NCBI GenBank assembly: GCA_041484965.1 | Contig: JBGPIS010000001.1 | Coordinates: 1 to 30,827 of the forward strand | Source of the DNA: Candidatus Methylomirabilia bacterium | GTDB lineage: Bacteria; Methylomirabilota; Methylomirabilia; Rokubacteriales; CSP1-6 | Direction of reading: 5' to 3' | DNA length: 30,827 bases | Shown: in pieces, positions 19,247-25,843 of the stretch | Numbering within the stretch: the first letter of the stretch is position 1 | How the letters are laid out: each line of letters starts with the position of its first letter | Program-made: the position numbers and the translations under genes | Notes under the pieces: model-generated | The model's input: only the letters and a program-made list of their open reading frames with translations | What the model was told of the DNA's origin: nothing | The model's database searches: none

Positions 19247-20984
19247 CCTTGACCCGGAGCGCGCGGTCCTTGAGGTCGTCGATCTTCTTCTTGACCCCGT
19301 CGAGGGCCGGGTCGAGCTGGATGGCCTTCTCCCACGCGGTGAGGGCGTCGTCCTGCAGGCCGTTCTTGAGGTACGCGTCGCCGAGGTGGTCGTAGATGAC
19401 CGGATCCGGCTCCTTGGCCTTGTCGACGGCGCGCTTGAGCTCCTTCAGCGCTTCTGGATAGCGCCCCTGCTGATAGTACGCCCAGCCCAGGCTGTCGATG
19501 AAGTAGCCGTTGTCCGGCTCGAGCGCCAGCGCCTGGTTGATGAGCTGGATCGCCTCGTCGAGGCGCTGGCCCTTCTCGGCGTACATGTAGCCGACGTAGT
19601 TGTAGGCCTCGGCGTGCTTGGGATCGAGCGTGATCACGAGTCGGAAGGCCTTGACCGCCTCGTCGAACTTCGCCTGCTTCTCGTAGACGACGCCCAGCTG
19701 GAAGTTGAGGTCCCGGTTCTTGTCGTCGAGCGTGAGGCCTTCCTGCAGCGTTTCGAGCGCCCGGTCGTACTGCTTGGCGCGGAAGTACGCGGTGCCGAGG
19801 TAGAGGAATAGCTCCGGCCGCTTCGGCTCGAGGTTGACCGCGTCGCGCAGGACCGTGACCGCCTCGTCGTGGCGCTTGGCGCGGCCGTGCAGGAACCCGA
19901 GCTGGACGCGCGCGTCGATCGAGCGGGGGTCCACGCGCAGGATGCGCTCGAGCTCGGCCCGGGCCTCGGCGTCCTTGCCCGCGTCCATGTACGTCGTGGC
20001 GAGGAAGTAGTGCGCCCGGAGGTTCGAGGGCTCCAGCGTGACGGCGCGCCGGAAGGCGTCGGCCGCGCGGTCCCAGAGCTTCTGCTCGTAGAACACGGCG
20101 CCGAGCTTCATCCACACGCGCGGGTCGCGCGGCGCGACCTCCGCCAGCGCCTCGATCTCGGCCTGCGCCTCCGTGAAGCGGCCGAGCCGAATCAGGAGGT
20201 CGCCGAGCCGCTCGACGAACGCGGGGTTGTCGGGGTTGGCCTTGGCGGCGCGCCGGTAGATCTCGACCGCCTCCTCGCCCTTCCGGCGCGTCTCGTAGAC
20301 GTACCCGAGCGCGGTCCAGGCGCCGTCGTGATCGGGATCGAGCTCGACCGCGGTCGTGAGCCGCTTGATCGCCTCGTCCCACGCCTCGGTCTCGATCGCC
20401 AGGCGCCCGAGGAGGAAGTAGGCCTGGGCCAGGCGCGGCTGCTTCTCCGTCAGGCGGACCAGCGTACGGCGCGCCCGGTCGTAGGCTTTCTGCTCGACCT
20501 GGTACCGTGCCAGAGCCAGGTACGGCTCCTCGGCGCCGGGGTTCAGCGCGATGACCGCCTCGAGCTCGGCCTCGGCCTCGGGGTACTGCTTCTGCGTGCG
20601 CAGCAGCTCGGCGAGCGTGATGTGCGCGGCGACCTGCTCAGGCGCGAGCTCGATCGCGCGGCGGGCGGCGGCGGCGGCGTCCTCGTACGCGTCGGTCCGG
20701 ACGAGCCACTGGGCAAGCGTCGTCCAAAGGAAGGCCGAGTCCGGGTCTCGCTTGAGCGCCTCCCGCAGCGCCGGAACTGCCTCGTTGAAGCGGCCGCCCT
20801 GGGCGGCCATCTGCGCCACCGAGTAGTGGTAGTACGCCGCCTGCATCGGATCGGACGAGAGGGGGGTGGGGCGCGTGATTCTCTCGTCGTCGGGTCCCAC
20901 CGTCATCGGCCCGAGGATGGCGCACGCGGCGAGCGCGGCACCGGCCAGGGCCACGCTCACTCGACCGAGCACACGGCGGATCAT
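19224..20984 (-). CDS. Tetratricopeptide-repeat lipoprotein (586 aa)
   Basis: MIRRVLGRVSVALAGAALAA|C lipobox, then many TPRs (e.g. AYNYVGYMYAE, YFIDSLGWAYYQQG, IYDHLGDAY). Confidence 0.9.
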   Translation of the reverse strand: MIRRVLGRVSVALAGAALAACAILGPMTVGPDDERITRPTPLSSDPMQAAYYHYSVAQMAAQGGRFNEAVPALREALKRDPDSAFLWTTLAQWLVRTDAYEDAAAAARRAIELAPEQVAAHITLAELLRTQKQYPEAEAELEAVIALNPGAEEPYLALARYQVEQKAYDRARRTLVRLTEKQPRLAQAYFLLGRLAIETEAWDEAIKRLTTAVELDPDHDGAWTALGYVYETRRKGEEAVEIYRRAAKANPDNPAFVERLGDLLIRLGRFTEAQAEIEALAEVAPRDPRVWMKLGAVFYEQKLWDRAADAFRRAVTLEPSNLRAHYFLATTYMDAGKDAEARAELERILRVDPRSIDARVQLGFLHGRAKRHDEAVTVLRDAVNLEPKRPELFLYLGTAYFRAKQYDRALETLQEGLTLDDKNRDLNFQLGVVYEKQAKFDEAVKAFRLVITLDPKHAEAYNYVGYMYAEKGQRLDEAIQLINQALALEPDNGYFIDSLGWAYYQQGRYPEALKELKRAVDKAKEPDPVIYDHLGDAYLKNGLQDDALTAWEKAIQLDPALDGVKKKIDDLKDRALRVKGGPKASQ

Positions 20985-21454
20985 CGCGCCGCACCGCGCT
21001 CTCTCGGAAACCGCCAGGCCTTCGTCAAGAGGCGCCGGGCCGCGGCCGCGAGGGTTGCGTCGGGGATGGCCGCGGCCGCTTCGTCGATCGCGCGCCGGTC
21101 GGCGGCAGCGAGGGGGATCGCGGGCTGCGTGCGCTCCGGCCCGGCGGCCGGCGCCTCGCGCGGGTCGAGCCGGCCGAGGACGAAGCGCAGCGAGCGGACG
21201 TCCGGAAACCGCTCCCGAAGGCGCGCGGTCAATTCGGCCGCGCGCAGCGTCATCTCCTGGAGCCAGGGCGAGTTGTCGACGACGACGGTGAGGCAGCCGT
21301 TGGCGAGTGTCTGGGGCCTCGACCGCCGCGCCACCTCGGGCCCGACGGCCGCGGTCCAGGCGCGCCGGACCTCGTACTCCGCCAGCCGATCGCGAAGGTC
21401 CGGCACGGCAATGACGAGCAGATCGGCGACGGCGCGCGGGGCTCGAATCCTCAC
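20981..21454 (-). CDS. dciA: DciA / DUF721 replicative helicase loader-like protein
   Basis: W..AVGPEVARRSRP..L.NG.LTV.VDNSPWLQEM..L...L pattern of DUF721. Stop overlaps the TPR gene ATG (ATGA). Confidence 0.75.
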   Translation of the reverse strand: MRIRAPRAVADLLVIAVPDLRDRLAEYEVRRAWTAAVGPEVARRSRPQTLANGCLTVVVDNSPWLQEMTLRAAELTARLRERFPDVRSLRFVLGRLDPREAPAAGPERTQPAIPLAAADRRAIDEAAAAIPDATLAAAARRLLTKAWRFPRERGAAR

Positions 21455-21569
21455 GAATCAGTATCATACCTTGTTGTCGCGAAAGCCGCGAGTTCGCGAC
21501 GGACCGCGGGTGGACTGGGACATGTGCGGGTGGCTCCAGACGCCGAAGTCCTTTATATTGACCTCGGTC

Positions 21570-22934
21570 ATGGCGAAACCGCGTCGCGGCGACAGCCTCG
21601 AGCTCACCATCGATGACCTTGCGTTCGGCGGCGAAGGCGTCGGGCGGGTCGACGGGTACGTCGTGTTTGTGCGGGGCGGCGTCCCGGGCGACCGCGTCCG
21701 CGCGAAGGTCGTCGAGGCGCGGTCGCGCTTCGGGCGCGCCGTGATCGAGTCGGTCGAGAGGCCGTCGCCCGACCGGGTCGAGGCGCCGTGCCCGTACTTC
21801 GGGCGCTGCGGCGGCTGCCGGCTCCAGCACCTCTCGTATGCCGCGCAGCTCGTGTTCAAGGCCAAGCAGGTGCGCGACTGCCTCGAGCGACTCGGCGGCC
21901 TCGGCGCGTTCGAGCTCCGGCCGATCCTCGCGGCCCCAGAGCCGTACGGCTACCGCAACAAGATGGAGTTCACGGTGGCGCCCGGCGCGGTCCCTGCCAT
22001 CGGGCTCCACCAGGCCGACCGCTACGACGTCGTGCTCGATATCGAGCGCTGTTTGCTCCAATCCGAGACGATGAACGCGCTGCTCGACGAGCTGCGCCGC
22101 GAGGCGCGGGCGCGGGGGCTCTCCGTCTACGACCAGGACTCGGAGCGGGGGCTCCTGCGCTTCGTGTCGCTGCGCGAGGGCCGGCGCACCGGCGTGGCCA
22201 TGTTCAACATCGTCGCCACCACGCCCGACGTCGTGGCGCTCGGCCCGGTGGCCTAGCGCCTGCGCGCGCGCGTGCCGGCGACGGCGAGCGTCGTGCTCAA
22301 CGTCAATGCCAAGAAGGCCTCCGTCGCCGTCGGCACCGAGGAGCACCTGCTGCTCGGCCGCGACCACATCCGCGAGTCGCTCGGCGGGCTCACGTTCCAG
22401 GTGTCGGCGAACTCGTTCTTCCAGACCAACACGGTCCAGGCCGAGCGCCTGTTCGCCCTCGTCGGGGAGGCGTGCGCCCTCGCGGGCGGCGAGACGGTCA
22501 TGGACCTCTACTCGGGCACCGGCACCATCAGTCTCCTGCTCGCGCGCCACTGCCGCTGGGTCTATGGCATCGAAGTCGCCGCGGCCGCGGTGGCCGACGC
22601 CGTCAGGAACGCGCAGGAGAACGGGATCGAGAACTGCACGTTCCTCGCCGGCGAGGTGCGCCACGTGCTGCCGACCCTGATGCGCGACGGCGTCCGGGCG
22701 GATGTGGTCGTCGCGGATCCGCCGCGCGCCGGCTTCCACCCGAAGGCCCTCCACGCGCTCGCCGCGCTTGGGCCCGCGCGGCTCGTGTACGTGTCGTGCA
22801 ACCCGGCGACGCTCGCGCGGGACCTCGCCGACCTCGTCCGCGAGGGCTACCGGCTCGAGTGGGTCCAGCCCGTAGACATGTTCCCGCAGACCCCGCACAT
22901 CGAGGCCGTGGCGCGCCTCTCCCGGAGCGTATGA
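21570..22934 (+). CDS. rlmD: 23S rRNA (uracil-1939-C5) methyltransferase interrupted by an in-frame TAG at 22254-22256 (nonsense allele, readthrough or sequence error)
   Basis: TRAM domain, CPYFGRCGGC Fe-S motif, FFQTN, DLYSGTG, DPPRAG, YVSCNPATLARD, DMFPQTPHIE. ORFs 21570-22256 and 22272-22934 are in the same frame and together give 454 codons. Confidence 0.9.
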
Positions 22935-23848
22935 GGGTCTTCCTGATCCGCCGTCTGCTCCAGTCGTTGCTGGTGCTGCTCGGCGTCTCCTTCGTCGTCT
23001 TTTTCATCCTCTACCTCACGGGCGACCCGGCCCTGGTGCTGCTGCCGCCCGACGCGACCGCCGACGATGTCCTCCGCTTCCGCGAGGCGATGGGCTTCAA
23101 CGAGCCGTTCCTCGTCCAGTACGGCCGCTTCCTCGCCGGCGCGCTCCGCGGCGACTTCGGCCAGTCGGTGCGCCACGGCGAGCCCGCCTTCGGCCTGGTG
23201 GTCGAGCGGATGCCCGCGACCTTCGAGCTCGCGGGCTCGGCGCTCCTCGTCGCGCTCGCGCTCGCGATCCCGGCGGGCATCGTCTCGGCGGTGCGGCGCA
23301 ACACCCTTCTGGACTACGTCTCGACGGTCGTCGCGCTCCTCGGCCAGTCGATGCCGACGTTCTGGCTCGGGATCATGCTGATCCTGGTCTTCTCGGTGCA
23401 GTTCAACCTCCTGCCCTCGTCGGGGCGGGGCGGCCTCGAGCACCTCCTCCTGCCGGCGATCACGCTCGGGCTCTTCACGACCGCGCGCATCACGCGGCTC
23501 ACGCGCTCGGGGATGCTCGAGGTCCTGAACCAGGACTACATCCGGACCGCGCGGGCCAAAGGCATGAGCGGCCCGCCGGTCGTCGGGAAGCACGCGCTCA
23601 AGAACGCCGCGATCCCGATCGTCACGATCGTGGGCATCGAGCTCGGCACGCTGCTCGGCGGCTCGGTGATCACCGAGACGATCTTCGCGTGGCCGGGCGT
23701 GGGGCGGCTCTCGGTCCAGGCGATCTACAACCGCGATTACGCGGTGGTCCAGGCCGCGGTGTTCATGCTCTCGTCCACCTTCGTCCTCGTGAACCTCTTC
23801 GTCGACTTGCTCTACACCTACCTCGATCCGCGGATCCGGCTGCGATGA
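22931..23848 (+). CDS. Peptide/nickel ABC transporter permease (DppB/OppB-like)
   Basis: FLIRRLLQ.., GDFGQS, SMPTFWLG, EAA motif TARAKG, ETIFAWPGVG. ATG overlaps the rlmD stop (ATGA). Confidence 0.93.
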   Translation: MRVFLIRRLLQSLLVLLGVSFVVFFILYLTGDPALVLLPPDATADDVLRFREAMGFNEPFLVQYGRFLAGALRGDFGQSVRHGEPAFGLVVERMPATFELAGSALLVALALAIPAGIVSAVRRNTLLDYVSTVVALLGQSMPTFWLGIMLILVFSVQFNLLPSSGRGGLEHLLLPAITLGLFTTARITRLTRSGMLEVLNQDYIRTARAKGMSGPPVVGKHALKNAAIPIVTIVGIELGTLLGGSVITETIFAWPGVGRLSVQAIYNRDYAVVQAAVFMLSSTFVLVNLFVDLLYTYLDPRIRLR

Positions 23849-24747
23849 GGGCCGAGGCGATCGCGCTGCCGGCCGAGCGCACCCCCGCCCGGCGCGAGTG
23901 GGTCCAGTTCCTTCGCCGTCTGGCGCGCCGCCGGACCGCACTCTTCGGCCTCGTGGTCGTGGCGGTCGTGCTCGTCGGGGCTCTCGGCGCGCCCTGGCTC
24001 ACGCCGTGGGACCCGACGGAGCAGGACATCACCCACCGCCTCATGCCGCCGGGGTCGCAGGACGCGTCCGGCCGGGCGCACCTCCTCGGCACCGACCACC
24101 TCGGCCGCGACATCCTCGCGCGGATCATCTTCGGCGCGCGCCCCGCGCTGATGGTGGGGTGCGCCGCTGTCGCGATCTCGGGCCTCCTCGGCTTGGGCGT
24201 CGGGCTCGTCTCGGGCTACTTCGGCGGGCGCGTCGACGACGTGTGCATGCGGCTCGCCGACATTCAGCTCGCGTTTCCGTTCATCCTGCTGGCGATCGCC
24301 GTGATCGGCGTGCTGGGCCCGAGCCTGCCCGTCATCATCGTCGTCATCGGGGTGTCGAGCTGGGTGGTGTACGCGCGCGTGGTGCGCGGCTCGGTGCTCT
24401 CGATCCGCGAGCGGGAGTTCGTGCAAGCGGCGCGGGCGCTCGGCAGCCGCGACGGCCGCATCCTCGTGCGCCACGTCCTGCCGAACGCGCTCACGCCGTG
24501 GATGGTCGTGGCGACGCTCGACATGGCGCGCGTCATCGTGATCGAATCGGCGCTCTCGTTCCTGGGCCTGGGCGTTCAGCCGCCGACGCCGACGTGGGGC
24601 GGCATGCTCGCCGACGGCCGCGTCTACATCTCGACGGCGTGGTGGCTCGCGACGTTCCCCGGGCTGGCGATCCTCGTGACCGTGCTCGGCATCAATCTCT
24701 TCGGCGACGGCCTGCGCGACACGCTCGACCCGCGCCTCAAGATCTGA
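23845..24747 (+). CDS. Peptide/nickel ABC transporter permease (DppC/OppC-like)
   Basis: HLLGTDHLGRDILARIIFGAR, EFVQAARALG, RHVLPN, ESALSFLGLG, NLFGDGLRDTLDP. ATGA overlap with the upstream gene. Confidence 0.93.
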   Translation: MRAEAIALPAERTPARREWVQFLRRLARRRTALFGLVVVAVVLVGALGAPWLTPWDPTEQDITHRLMPPGSQDASGRAHLLGTDHLGRDILARIIFGARPALMVGCAAVAISGLLGLGVGLVSGYFGGRVDDVCMRLADIQLAFPFILLAIAVIGVLGPSLPVIIVVIGVSSWVVYARVVRGSVLSIREREFVQAARALGSRDGRILVRHVLPNALTPWMVVATLDMARVIVIESALSFLGLGVQPPTPTWGGMLADGRVYISTAWWLATFPGLAILVTVLGINLFGDGLRDTLDPRLKI

Positions 24748-24792
24748 CGCGGGCCGGAGCGGCCCGGCACGGGAGGCCCTCCTCGACCACGC

Positions 24793-24813
24793 GAGCTCTC
24801 TAAGCGAGAGCTC
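24793..24813. terminator. Perfect 8-bp hairpin between convergent genes (possible terminator)
   Basis: gagctctc-taagc-gagagctc. No clear U-tract on either side. Confidence 0.4.
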
Positions 24814-24856
24814 AAACCATTCTGCGGGCGCCGAAGCGACGCCCAGAAGCTACGGG

Positions 24857-25435
24857 TCAGCGCCGGAGACGCCGGCGCGCGAGCAGGCCGAGCGCGGCTG
24901 CCGGCGCCGTCAGCCAGAGCGCTCCCGAGGGGACGCCCGCGACCGCGTTGATCGCGAGGACGGCGGCGCCCCCGACGGCGCCCATCCAGAGGAGCCCCGC
25001 CGCCGCCACGTCCGCCGCCGCGCGCCAGCCGCGGCGCGCCACGACGAGCGCGGCCAGGGCGCCCGCGCCGTCGATGACGACGTCCATCGCGCTTCCGATG
25101 CGCGTGGGAAGCGTGGACTGGTGCCACTCGTCGAGGAACGCCCAGCCGACGCTGAGCGCGAGCGCGGCCCAGGCGGCGACCCGCGGGGCGAGGCCCCGGC
25201 CGCGAACGAACGCGCGGAAGCAGAGGGCGGCGAGGATCGCGTACTCGGTGAGGTGCGCGCCCTTGCGCGCGAGGCCGTGGACGGCCTCGAGCTGGCCCGG
25301 CGTGGCCCACGGCAGCAGCCAGCGGAGCGACGGCAGCAGCCACCGGCCGGTGTGCTCGGCGCTCCCGGTGTCGGAGGAGAGCCCCATGATGACCGCCATC
25401 CAGACGACCGGAGGGAGCCAGTGGGCGAGGCGCAT
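24857..25435 (-). CDS. VanZ-family membrane protein
   Basis: RKGAHLTEYAIL, LDEWHQSTLPTR.GS..DV..D motifs and several TM segments. Confidence 0.85.
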   Translation of the reverse strand: MRLAHWLPPVVWMAVIMGLSSDTGSAEHTGRWLLPSLRWLLPWATPGQLEAVHGLARKGAHLTEYAILAALCFRAFVRGRGLAPRVAAWAALALSVGWAFLDEWHQSTLPTRIGSAMDVVIDGAGALAALVVARRGWRAAADVAAAGLLWMGAVGGAAVLAINAVAGVPSGALWLTAPAAALGLLARRRLRR

Positions 25436-25439
25436 CGCC

Positions 25440-25449
25440 TGCTATGATA
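25440..25449. promoter_or_regulatory. Overlapping back-to-back -10 boxes (bidirectional promoter)
   Basis: Plus strand TGcTATGAT (25440-25448), 7 nt before ATG 25456. Minus strand TATCAT (25449-25444), 8 nt before ATG 25435. Confidence 0.6.
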
Positions 25450-25455
25450 CCGGGC

Positions 25456-25803
25456 ATGGCGCGAGTGGACTGGAGCTATCACCGGAAGGGCTGAGGCTCC
25501 TGCGCCAAGGCGCAAGAGTTTCTTGCGAAGAAGAAGGCGAGCGTCGTCGAGCAGGTGGACACGCGGAAGTCGCCGATCACGGGCGCCGCCGCCCTCGCCG
25601 TCACGCGTGACGTGGACGAGATCTGGGTGGCCAAGGGGAAGAAGGCGGTCCACGTCGACCTCACGGGCGCGCGGCCGGGGAAGGCCGAGCTGCTCACACT
25701 GCTGCTCGGGCCGACGGGCGGGCTCCGGGCGCCGACGCTCCGGGTGGGACGGACGCTGCTGGTCGGATTCAACGAAGAGGTGTACGCGAAAATTCTGAAG
25801 TAG
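25456..25803 (+). CDS. ArsC/Spx-like thioredoxin-fold selenoprotein (UxxC), 115 aa
   Basis: ATG GCG CGA GTG GAC TGG AGC TAT CAC CGG AAG GGC TGA GGC TCC TGC = MARVDWSYHRKG-U-GSC. Continues in frame to LLGPTGGLRAPTLRVGRTLLVGFNEE (ArsC-family R-P motif). The TGA (25492-25494) occupies the first Cys position of the CxxC motif. Confidence 0.85.
25511..25527 (+). promoter_or_regulatory. Candidate bacterial SECIS element
   Basis: CGCAAGA-GTT-TCTTGCG, a 7-bp stem whose loop begins with G at +24 from the UGA. Confidence 0.6.
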
Positions 25804-25827
25804 AAGTCGGCCGGGGTCCGCGGGGCG

Positions 25828-25836
25828 TGATAGAGT
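25828..25836 (+). promoter_or_regulatory. Putative extended -10 (TGaTAGAGT) giving a leaderless mrfA-like mRNA
   Basis: 7 nt between the hexamer and ATG 25844; no SD. Confidence 0.5.
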
Positions 25837-25843
25837 TGCCCCG

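Noticed and set aside
22254-25494. Genome-wide stop-codon reassignment (TAG or TGA)
   Set aside because: TAG correctly ends ilvE, yqgE, coxL, rnhA, pth, rplY and others, and TGA ends rpoD, dnaG, mrfA and the permeases. Only site-specific events fit.
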